Origin: a virus
IMG/VR virus record: IMGVR_UViG_3300031673_000004
Location: 64,485 to 128,484 of that record
DNA: 64,000 bases
Strand: one strand, 5' to 3'
Positions 36,167 to 44,017 of this stretch are shown here, in pieces. Within the stretch, counting starts at the first letter, position 1; each line of letters starts with the position of its first letter. The notes beneath the pieces are model-generated. The model saw only the letters and a program-made list of their open reading frames with translations, had not been told where the DNA came from and searched no databases. A program made the translations under genes and the position numbers.

Positions 36167-37201
36167 ATGACAAAAAATGTTTACGAAGAAGTAAGTGATT
36201 CCCTTGATAAAATGATGCCAAAGTTATCTTACCTTTGTGGTAACCAGCCTGATCGTGAACTGTGCAAGGCAGACGTAGCGTTAGCATTGATGGCAGTTTT
36301 GGATTCCGACAACAACAGTAAGGAAATATTCAGTAATTGGGCGGCAGAGCACTATAACGCTCTAAACAAGATAGCGGATAAAGAGGCTAAACCGCGTAAA
36401 ACGGTCGTGCCTCAGCCTATACAAGGTTTTCTGCAGGACGTTACTAAGGGGGTGGAACAGCAAGCGTTGTGCCGTAAGATACTGGCATATCGCACTGTGA
36501 AGACGGGTGAGGTTGTACGATATGATAAAGATGCTGACAAAACAGCATATGTGGTTGGCGAACAGGGTAATGTTGTAAGAGTAGACGCAGGAAGGTATTG
36601 CTACCCACCGGAGCGCCAAATAACACCCAGTATAGACATTGGGCGCTTGGCGGATGTTGATTATATTAACGATATTATTTTTAGTATTGTACACGAAGAA
36701 GACGCTCCTTTTGTGGCCATGCTTAAAAAATGTGCTAATTATAAAATCAAAGAAAAGAAGTTACCAGACGTGTTTCGTGAGTTGAGAGCAAATGTTGAAT
36801 ATGACAAGGTGCCGTGTAAGTTTATGGTAGTTAACTTTAATAAGTTTGTTGCTTTTATTGGTGAGATTCGTAGAGAACGCGGCATCGAAAAAGGTACTAG
36901 ATATTTACGTGATGCGTTTCGTATTGAAGTGACTGATAGTAAAGCGTTATTTAATACTGGTCATCTAGGTGTTTTTGATGATGACGTTCAAATCATTTCT
37001 ACTAGTAATCATCCTGACCTTTGTAAACTTATAGCAGAGGATGAAGTTTTTGCGGTGCCTTCTACCGAGTATCTTGGCGGCATGCCTGTTAGGATAAAAC
37101 TATTTGCGTTTAAAGATGATGATTCACCTTCTTTGACAATATACGAATTGATTTCACAGGTGATTATTGCACCAGATAAAGTCTTTGCCGGGAAGTGGTA
37201 A
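36167..37201 (+). CDS. Fusion of a small helical domain with a divergent major-capsid-protein-like domain
   Basis: RKIL....GE...YDKD..AYVVGEQG, Y.P..I, EED..F..L, TGHLG, EYLG.MPVR, IYE.I..VI resemble large-myovirus HK97-fold MCPs (recognised from memory, not searched). Confidence 0.55.
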   Translation: MTKNVYEEVSDSLDKMMPKLSYLCGNQPDRELCKADVALALMAVLDSDNNSKEIFSNWAAEHYNALNKIADKEAKPRKTVVPQPIQGFLQDVTKGVEQQALCRKILAYRTVKTGEVVRYDKDADKTAYVVGEQGNVVRVDAGRYCYPPERQITPSIDIGRLADVDYINDIIFSIVHEEDAPFVAMLKKCANYKIKEKKLPDVFRELRANVEYDKVPCKFMVVNFNKFVAFIGEIRRERGIEKGTRYLRDAFRIEVTDSKALFNTGHLGVFDDDVQIISTSNHPDLCKLIAEDEVFAVPSTEYLGGMPVRIKLFAFKDDDSPSLTIYELISQVIIAPDKVFAGKW

Positions 37202-37335
37202 ATATGCATAATTTCTCACCTACTTCTGAAGCTGAAATCCTAGCGTTATTGGAAGAATTTAAAAACAAAGATCCACAAATTTCTTGATTCCTTAGTATAA
37301 TAATATCAGGTATGTGAACTGCTAGGCGGCATCTG

Positions 37336-37674
37336 ATGAAAAAATTATTTGGAAATACTGAATTAATCAGGAAAAATAAACGTTTGAAATATTGGGCAGA
37401 TCTGGATGCCAGTCCCGATGAAAAAGAATATGAAGTACTTGTAAAGTATACAATCGTAGAAACTATAGAAACTTATAAAACTAAACAGATTACAGTTTGT
37501 GCACAGAATATTGATGACGCCAAAGAACTGGCGGAACAAAAAATATGGGGAAAGGTGGATGATAATGAAGACTTAGATATGCAGGACACTACTATAATCA
37601 GTATAAATAACGAAGCATATATTGATGAAAAAACAATAGATATGTTCAAAAATGCTCAAGACAAAAAGAATTGA
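37336..37674 (+). CDS. Hypothetical protein
   Basis: 112-aa ORF after TAGTATAAT. Confidence 0.65.
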   Translation: MKKLFGNTELIRKNKRLKYWADLDASPDEKEYEVLVKYTIVETIETYKTKQITVCAQNIDDAKELAEQKIWGKVDDNEDLDMQDTTIISINNEAYIDEKTIDMFKNAQDKKN

Positions 37675-38404
37675 AAAGATAAACAATCTTGCACTTAAAT
37701 ATTACATAGAACAATTAAATCGTTCTAAGAGAGCACAAGATTATCTATATGCTAGAATAAGTCAATCAATTACAAAAAGATACTTTATTGGGTACGCCCC
37801 CAATAGCGGATTTATTGAATATTTGAACAAACACAATGTAACTAAAACTGATGCTACTGATTCTGGGCTAGTGGTATTTGATTATGACAACAATGCGTAC
37901 CCACGATTTACTCACCGAATCATGATCCCCATAATTCATGCAGGACGACTAATAGGGTTTGGGGGACGGACACTTGGACCTGAAACAAAACAGAATCCTA
38001 AATATATTAATTCAAAAGCATCAGTCTTGTATAATAAGAGTGAAGTCCTGTATGGGTTATGGCGTGCTAGGGCATCAATTGAAAAACTAGGCTACGCATT
38101 TCTAGTTGAAGGTTATTTCGATGTGCTGAGTCTTGTTAATCATAAGATATACAATTGCGTTGGGTTATGTGGCACAGCATTTACAAAAGATCAAGCTAAA
38201 CAGCTAAAACGTTATACAGAAAAAGTTTATATAATGTTAGATGGTGATAATCCAGGAAAAGTAGCAGCAAAAAAGGCCAAGATAATATTGAAAAAAAATC
38301 ATATTTATGGTGGGAGAGTTATCCTACCAAACCAATTAGATCCTGATGAATTTATCAAAAAATATGGGCGTGAAGCGCTAAACAAGGTAAAGATAATAAA
38401 ATGA
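37652..38404 (+). CDS. dnaG: DnaG-type primase catalytic core (no Zn-binding domain)
   Basis: RFTHRIMIPI, GFGGR, PKYINS, LVEGYFDV, DGDNPG, DPDE. Confidence 0.9.
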   Translation: MLKTKRIEKINNLALKYYIEQLNRSKRAQDYLYARISQSITKRYFIGYAPNSGFIEYLNKHNVTKTDATDSGLVVFDYDNNAYPRFTHRIMIPIIHAGRLIGFGGRTLGPETKQNPKYINSKASVLYNKSEVLYGLWRARASIEKLGYAFLVEGYFDVLSLVNHKIYNCVGLCGTAFTKDQAKQLKRYTEKVYIMLDGDNPGKVAAKKAKIILKKNHIYGGRVILPNQLDPDEFIKKYGREALNKVKIIK

Positions 38405-38865
38405 TTGTAGGATTTACAGGCCATCGTAAGTTTCAACATCCAGAAAAGAAAATAGCGAAACAGCTAATACTGTTTCTTACTAAACTAAAGCCTGATAAAA
38501 CGATTTCCGGGATGGCATTGGGTTTTGATCAATTAGCTGCTCGTATTTGTGTGTATCTTGGCATACCCTTTATAGCAGCAATTCCAGCTAAAGAGCAACC
38601 AAATTCTTGGCCGGTAAAAGCTGTACGGGACTATTTCAAAATATTAGAAAAGGCAGACAAAACTGTATACGTAGACAAGATAAAAGGATATAGTAATCTT
38701 GGTGATACGTTTATAAACAAATTATTCAACAGGAACTATTGGATGGTTGATAACTCAGATAAAATGATAGCCTACTATTTAAACACAGGTCGAGGTGGCA
38801 CTGCCGCAACTGTGAATTATACTATGCAACAGAGAAAAATTGTAATTCTAATGGAAGTGCGATGA
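38401..38865 (+). CDS. SLOG/YspA (DUF1273)-like protein
   Basis: GFTGHR, ISGMALGFDQ, RNYWMVDNSD, GGTA. Confidence 0.85.
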   Translation: MIVGFTGHRKFQHPEKKIAKQLILFLTKLKPDKTISGMALGFDQLAARICVYLGIPFIAAIPAKEQPNSWPVKAVRDYFKILEKADKTVYVDKIKGYSNLGDTFINKLFNRNYWMVDNSDKMIAYYLNTGRGGTAATVNYTMQQRKIVILMEVR

Positions 38866-39503
38866 GCAAAACACAGGGAAAGAGAAACGCACGGGATTAT
38901 TATGCAACGCCACAATGGTGCATTGACGGTCTAGCTAATACTTTGTATACCATATTAAATACAGGAATTTATATAAATCCATTTTATCTCTGTGACATTG
39001 GGGCAGGTGATGGAAGGATTGGACTTACCTGTAAAGCTAAGCTACTGTCTATTATAGACTTAAACTGTCTATTTGTTGATATTGTAAAGATAAAAGATCC
39101 TCTGAAGGACTGCACATGGTTAACAAAAGACTTCATGAAGATAAATCTAAACAAACTATTTCGTAAGAAATTAATGCCACGATTGTTCGTATCTAATCCG
39201 CCATTTTCTATGTCAAATCAGATCGTGTTTAAAACTATAGATTATCTCAAAACATGTCGTACAGGCATTGCTGCATTTTTGTTACGATTAAATTGGTTAG
39301 GATCTAATAAAAGAGCCGCATGGCTGCAAGAAAATCCACCTGGAAAATTACTTGTTCTTACCCCCCGCCCATCATTCACAGGCAAGGGAACAGATTCACC
39401 AGAATATGCATGGTTCTTGTGGAGTCGTGGAATTGAATTGGGAAGTACGATTAATATAATCCGAAGAGATCACTTATCTGATAAGGAGAATGGAAATGAC
39501 TGA
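38862..39503 (+). CDS. Putative amino-DNA methyltransferase
   Basis: DYYATP, DIGAGDG, SNPPF, LLRLNWL, RPSF..GTD..EYAWF.W. Confidence 0.8.
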   Translation: MSKTQGKRNARDYYATPQWCIDGLANTLYTILNTGIYINPFYLCDIGAGDGRIGLTCKAKLLSIIDLNCLFVDIVKIKDPLKDCTWLTKDFMKINLNKLFRKKLMPRLFVSNPPFSMSNQIVFKTIDYLKTCRTGIAAFLLRLNWLGSNKRAAWLQENPPGKLLVLTPRPSFTGKGTDSPEYAWFLWSRGIELGSTINIIRRDHLSDKENGND

Positions 39504-39930
39504 TAAAAAAGAAATAAAAACTATTACTAAAGAAGATCGAAAGAAATTTGCTCAGGAACAAGTCAGATTCCTAAAAGCACAGGGAATTACTAATAAACTA
39601 AGACTAAGTAGGATTTTCAAGGCAGCAGGCCCCGGCCAAATACAGGATGCCTGGAAATTGGCTGAACAGGGAACTACACAGGTTCGCAAGGACGTATTAG
39701 ATTGCCTTCTGACGGGCGTACAGGGCTCCCAGGACTTCGGCTGGGAAAGAATGATATCTGTGCTCAAGGAAGCCGGGTTCGCGCCCCCAGCGTCAAATTC
39801 CAGCCATTCATTCTTTAGAGCGCTAGATGGAGCTATCGAGATATTAGTCCCAAATTCATATGAATTTGATGAAGCAGAATTAGCCGAAATTGAAAAAGGA
39901 CTAAACAAAAAATCGGATAATAATGAGTAA
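39490..39930 (+). CDS. Hypothetical protein
   Basis: AAGGAG RBS. Confidence 0.7.
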   Translation: MEMTDKKEIKTITKEDRKKFAQEQVRFLKAQGITNKLRLSRIFKAAGPGQIQDAWKLAEQGTTQVRKDVLDCLLTGVQGSQDFGWERMISVLKEAGFAPPASNSSHSFFRALDGAIEILVPNSYEFDEAELAEIEKGLNKKSDNNE

Positions 39931-39936
39931 TTAATA

Positions 39937-40008
39937 CGGGGAATACGGGAGTCGAACCCGTCTCTTTTAGTAGACAGCCAAATATGCTAGCCGATACACC
40001 AATTCCCC
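39937..40008 (-). tRNA. tRNA-Asp(GTC), U37
   Basis: Reverse complement TTTGG CT-GTC-TA CTAAA; G73. Confidence 0.85.
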
Positions 40009-40009
40009 A

Positions 40010-40083
40010 TGGGGTGCACCGTGAGAATTGAACTCACATAACTGGGGCCACGGCCCAGTGCTCTACCTTTGAGCTAGGCGCAC
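40010..40083 (-). tRNA. tRNA-His(GTG), C33 variant, encoded CCA
   Basis: CTGGG CC-GTG-GC CCCAG; C73-CCA. Confidence 0.87.
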
Positions 40084-40141
40084 TCAGGTTCTCGAAAATC
40101 AACATGGTGATGGGGAGTGTCCATAGCTACCTCCAATCGTA

Positions 40142-40215
40142 TGACCCCGGAGGGGTTCGAACCCTACTTTGCAGCCTTGAAAGGGCTGTGTCCTGACCGT
40201 TTAGACGACGGGGCC
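40142..40215 (-). tRNA. tRNA-Glu(TTC)
   Basis: CAGCC CT-TTC-AA GGCTG. Confidence 0.9.
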
Positions 40216-40216
40216 G

Positions 40217-40510
40217 TTATTTAGTTGCCTCTATTTCCTTTAGAGTAAACATTCGTCTACAAATAAATGGGTCATTCCATGGGGCACCTTTTATCAATTC
40301 TTTTAGCGTCCTAATATTATCAAGTTCCCTGAGAACAATAGGCAGCATTGCTTTATGCGGTTCTGTTTTTCCTGTAGCCCATCTTAGGATGGTAGAAATA
40401 GATACTCCCAAATTTTGTGCCAGTACTCGAACTACAGGATTATAATTCGAAAGCGAGGTTACATCGGCAACCCCTGTCACTTCCTTTATCTTTTGAATTA
40501 GCTTTTCCAT
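40217..40510 (-). CDS. HTH DNA-binding protein
   Basis: LAQNLGVSISTILRWATGKTEP. Confidence 0.7.
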   Translation of the reverse strand: MEKLIQKIKEVTGVADVTSLSNYNPVVRVLAQNLGVSISTILRWATGKTEPHKAMLPIVLRELDNIRTLKELIKGAPWNDPFICRRMFTLKEIEATK

Positions 40511-40523
40511 TTTTACCTTCCTA

Positions 40524-40595
40524 CGGCCTGGAGGTGAATCGAACACCTGTCATTCGGTTAACAGCCGAACGCTTAAACCACTAAGCTACCAGGCC
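40524..40595 (-). tRNA. tRNA-Asn(GTT)
   Basis: TTCGG CT-GTT-AA CCGAA. Confidence 0.9.
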
Positions 40596-40599
40596 AAAA

Positions 40600-40671
40600 C
40601 AGGCCGAGAACGATTTGAACGCTCACCCTTAGTTTTGGAGACTAAGATGCTACCAGTTACACCATCGGCCC
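40600..40671 (-). tRNA. tRNA-Trp(CCA)
   Basis: TTAGT CT-CCA-AA ACTAA. Confidence 0.9.
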
Positions 40672-40750
40672 AAAATGGACTTCTAAAGATACTGGGAGAC
40701 TTGCTCCCACTCTCCTTATTTTGCCAAGGCCATATCATCTTTGTCTCCTA

Positions 40751-40823
40751 TGGGACGAGGTGGAATTGAACCGCCGACTCGCAGATTTTCAGTCTGCTGC
40801 TCTACCATCTGAGCTATCGCCCC
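40751..40823 (-). tRNA. tRNA-Phe(GAA)
   Basis: GCAGA CT-GAA-AA TCTGC. Confidence 0.93.
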
Positions 40824-41017
40824 TTACATTCTCCTGTAAACTTTCCATATCTTTTACAAATTGTTGAGATGTTTTTTTGTACCGTTCTACAACATCCCAA
40901 ATGGTTTCTCCCGGTAGTGGAACATAGTTTACTACTTTTATTAATGGTGCTGCAAACGCTTCAAATTGTAATTTTTTGTGTTTCAATTGTCTTCTCCCAT
41001 TTTCAATTACTTTTATA

Positions 41018-41088
41018 CAGGCTCGCAGGGACTCGAACCCCAATTCTTGACTCCAAAGGCCAATGTCCTACCATTGAACGACGAGCCT
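41018..41088 (-). tRNA. tRNA-Gln(TTG)
   Basis: TTGGC CT-TTG-GA GTCAA. Confidence 0.88.
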
Positions 41089-41092
41089 AACA

Positions 41093-41163
41093 CAGCGGCG
41101 GTAGGAATTGAACCCACGTAACGCAGTCCAGGGCCGCGTGCCAAACCACTAGGCGACACCGCT
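41093..41163 (-). tRNA. tRNA-Gln(CTG), C33 variant
   Basis: CGCGG CC-CTG-GA CTGCG. Confidence 0.85.
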
Positions 41164-41248
41164 ATTGTATAACCAATGCAGGCAATCGATGTGCCTGCTA
41201 CACCTCTTAATTTTTTAATTTCCCGTATCATATCTTTACTCCATTTTA

Positions 41249-41334
41249 TGGGCCGGGATGGATTCGAACCACCAATGTTTAGCCAGTGGCACTTGGTCTA
41301 CAGCCAAGCCCCTTCTCCATTCGGGCACCGACCC
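41249..41334 (-). tRNA. tRNA-Tyr(GTA)
   Basis: CTTGG CT-GTA-GA CCAAG; long variable arm. Confidence 0.88.
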
Positions 41335-41339
41335 ATTCA

Positions 41340-41424
41340 AGGAAAGTGAGGGATTCGAACCCTCGGACGTTTTACCGCCTACGGTTTTCAGGACCGTTGC
41401 CTTAATCCGCTCGGCCAACCTTCC
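41340..41424 (-). tRNA. tRNA-Ser(TGA), C33 variant
   Basis: ACGGT CC-TGA-AA ACCGT; long variable arm. Confidence 0.87.
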
Positions 41425-41439
41425 AAAAATCCTCCTAAA

Positions 41440-41636
41440 ACTCAAACAGCAGGTCGCAATGCGATCCGCTGTCCAAGTGGTACACATTGTGAGCGGATCG
41501 CTTACATTGAATCCTCTTGATACCAGGAATTCTGATGTTCAAAAGAAGACATGTAAGACCACCTTTCACTGCGTAACCAATTCTAACGAAGACACTAGTT
41601 GCAATCAACCGGGAGGAAGAAAGCAACCGCCATAGG
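41440..41636 (-). ncRNA. Candidate ~200-nt structured RNA leading the minus-strand tRNA operon
   Basis: Directly downstream of TTGACA-N17-TACAAT; stems CTTACAT/ATGTAAG, CGATCCGCT/AGCGGATCG, GGTTGC/GCAACT. Confidence 0.45.
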
Positions 41637-41641
41637 TCACC

Positions 41642-41670
41642 ATTGTAGTGATTGATTCTTCGTTTGTCAA
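41642..41670 (-). promoter_or_regulatory. Sigma70-type promoter TTGACA-N17-TACAAT
   Basis: Consensus match driving the tRNA cluster. Confidence 0.75.
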
Positions 41671-41682
41671 GTAAAAAAACAC

Positions 41683-42042
41683 TTATTTTTTCCATACCTT
41701 TCTAGCTATTTGATTTATATACCTTTTTGTAATTTTTATTCTCTTTTTACTTGGAGGTTTTCCGTTCAAAAGAGCTACATTAGGGGGGTCATGTGGATCA
41801 GGAATAAATTGTTCTTTAGTAATAAACCTGAACGCTTCGACTAATGCAGTATAAACTTCTTTTTTATATTTCTTGTAATCTCTAAATAACCGTTCCATAC
41901 TGGCATGAGTTTTATCATCTATCTTATATTTTAAATAATTATTCAAAGCCAGCAACGCCCGTGAATTTAATACATCTAACGAGTGTACTGTTTTTTGAGT
42001 ATCTTTATAGCTTATTTTCTTTTTTAGTTTTCTTATCGGCAT
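41683..42042 (-). CDS. Basic hypothetical protein
   Basis: ORF from MPIRK; start uncertain. Confidence 0.55.
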   Translation of the reverse strand: MPIRKLKKKISYKDTQKTVHSLDVLNSRALLALNNYLKYKIDDKTHASMERLFRDYKKYKKEVYTALVEAFRFITKEQFIPDPHDPPNVALLNGKPPSKKRIKITKRYINQIARKVWKK

Positions 42043-42220
42043 TGGAGTACTTTTGTTTGATCCAACGTGCTGCGGGAATCCACCAAACAAATAAGAGGGT
42101 AAAAGAGCCAAATAAGGAGAACGTCATGCTACATTGCATTTTTCTGAAATGCTTGAATGCATAGATAGCCACAAGCATCGAAAACGTAAAGTACAAACTT
42201 AATAATAGTTTACCATTCAT
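42005..42220 (-). CDS. Small membrane protein
   Basis: Two hydrophobic segments. Confidence 0.55.
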   Translation of the reverse strand: MNGKLLLSLYFTFSMLVAIYAFKHFRKMQCSMTFSLFGSFTLLFVWWIPAARWIKQKYSNADKKTKKENKL

Positions 42221-42222
42221 AG

Positions 42223-42423
42223 CTATTTGATTCCGTGTTTTTTAATTGCCTCTTCAAATTGTTTATCTACCCCTGGGTGTTCTGTGCAAAGGACACCATC
42301 TCCAGGCCACCCTTCATAATACCTGGCTGCTGGAATATCTGTTCCTTCCTCAATGTACGTAAGGTCATGCTTTGTTATTTCCTTCTTACATATGAAACAT
42401 TTACCTATAATCTCTTTTGACAT
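42223..42423 (-). CDS. Small Zn-finger-like protein
   Basis: CFICK...LCTEH. Confidence 0.6.
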   Translation of the reverse strand: MSKEIIGKCFICKKEITKHDLTYIEEGTDIPAARYYEGWPGDGVLCTEHPGVDKQFEEAIKKHGIK

Positions 42424-42818
42424 TATCCTACCCTCGGTAAAGATAAATGTGAAGTCTTCTTACAAAACTTTATTATGAACTTTATGTCCTTATTATCAAA
42501 GTTACATTTTTCTAATGCTTTTCTAATTTCAGCAGTTGACTTAATCCCCTTCCACCGTTGGATTCCTGCCTCATAATCTACATTAAATGTGTGGCTGCTG
42601 GCGCATGATGCACGAATCAACGGTAATGTATCCATGGCAGCCAGTAGATTGCGCAGGAGAAGTGCTCCATGTTTCGCCGTATGTTCCGTGGTACTTACTT
42701 TTTTACCATTAAAAGATGTCTCTTGAATCTTTTTACCCTTTAGAAGAAATACCTCCAATATGCCATTGTCTGATAATTCTGCACGATGAGTATTTGAATT
42801 GAAAATTTTCATTAGCAT
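42423..42818 (-). CDS. Hypothetical protein
   Basis: ORF in tightly packed operon. Confidence 0.6.
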   Translation of the reverse strand: MLMKIFNSNTHRAELSDNGILEVFLLKGKKIQETSFNGKKVSTTEHTAKHGALLLRNLLAAMDTLPLIRASCASSHTFNVDYEAGIQRWKGIKSTAEIRKALEKCNFDNKDIKFIIKFCKKTSHLSLPRVG

Positions 42819-43061
42819 TCCTCAAGTCCATAGGGGGCATGTAGTATATAATCCGCAAGAAAATCAAATGATTTACCCTTTGATGGGATCCCCTTTTCTT
42901 CAAGGATGAACTTTATGTTGAGCACAAATTTTAGTTTATGCAACCGACTGTCTACTTTCTTCCTAAGTGCTTTTCTTATTTTAGTTCGATCCTTCATACC
43001 CATATTGTAGGCATGAATCAGTGATTTGTCAAGTACTTATTTTTATTGTAGTTAGCAGGAA

Positions 43062-43847
43062 TTAATTAAGTTTCTTAGCGATCTTGTCTGCCTGAGCCTT
43101 GGCATGGTGCGGAAGGGAGAAATAAAGGACTGGCCCCTTGTTATGAGGTACCAGTGTTGATCCATACGTTGCGAATGATGGATGTCGTGCATTAAACATC
43201 TTCCGTACCTCTCTGCTAACCCCCTTTGGGGACTCCAGACACCCAGATAAATCTACATTACGGCGGATATGTTTGTTGTGAATGCGCTTATGTACATCTT
43301 CTCCTGTGAATGTTTTGTGCAGATGCACCAATTCATCAACAGCGGTTTCGATTGCACTAAAATCTTGTGGTGCACACATTTTACTTCTCCTTTTCGTTGG
43401 TTCAGTTATTAAATACTCCCTACGAGATATAAACTCTTGGATATGCTCTTTTGTAAGCCCATCTTTCATTAGCCCATTTTCCACATAGATTATTTTACCG
43501 TTAGAAATAAACGATGCTATATCACCTATTTCATCATCAATAACTATATAATCCCCGGCGTACACGTTTTGTGCAACCCAATCTAAAATTTCCTGCCCAC
43601 GGCACCCATTTATTTTTGTTGCTTCTGTTTTGTCAATAACTCTTATAGAAACTCCATTGTGTGCGAAAAGTCTATCTAAATCCTCCACACTTCGCCCGAT
43701 TCTCCAACAAGATGTAACCACAATTGCACAGTGAAGCATAGAATGTAAATAATTCAAGGCAGCAACTGCCGGTGCATAAAATTTATCACGATCTGCAACT
43801 ACACTGTAATTAACTAAAACACCATCGATGTCTAAAAATAAAATCAT
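43062..43847 (-). CDS. HAD-superfamily (Swiss-Army-Knife RNA-repair type) phosphatase, in frame with a second domain that has its own RBS/ATG at 43379
   Basis: ILFLDIDGVL, VVTSCWR, RGQEI..W, YIVIDDE, DGLT. Confidence 0.8.
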   Translation of the reverse strand: MILFLDIDGVLVNYSVVADRDKFYAPAVAALNYLHSMLHCAIVVTSCWRIGRSVEDLDRLFAHNGVSIRVIDKTEATKINGCRGQEILDWVAQNVYAGDYIVIDDEIGDIASFISNGKIIYVENGLMKDGLTKEHIQEFISRREYLITEPTKRRSKMCAPQDFSAIETAVDELVHLHKTFTGEDVHKRIHNKHIRRNVDLSGCLESPKGVSREVRKMFNARHPSFATYGSTLVPHNKGPVLYFSLPHHAKAQADKIAKKLN

Positions 43848-44017
43848 TTTATTTCACCAGTTCGCATATGTTCTGTCACTTTTTGTATAAATTCTTTCCA
43901 TAGATTGTACGGAAGGTCTGTCTCTATATCGAGACGACGCCCATCAGAATCCCAAAAACTGCCTTTCACAGAATATTCACCAGGCCATTTTTGTGGCGGT
44001 GATAATTTTTTAGTCAT

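Noticed and set aside
40676-40750. Small structured RNA between tRNA-Trp and tRNA-Phe
   Set aside because: Some stems are present (TGGGAG/CTCCCA, AAAGAT/ATCTTT), but they are too few to support a call by eye.
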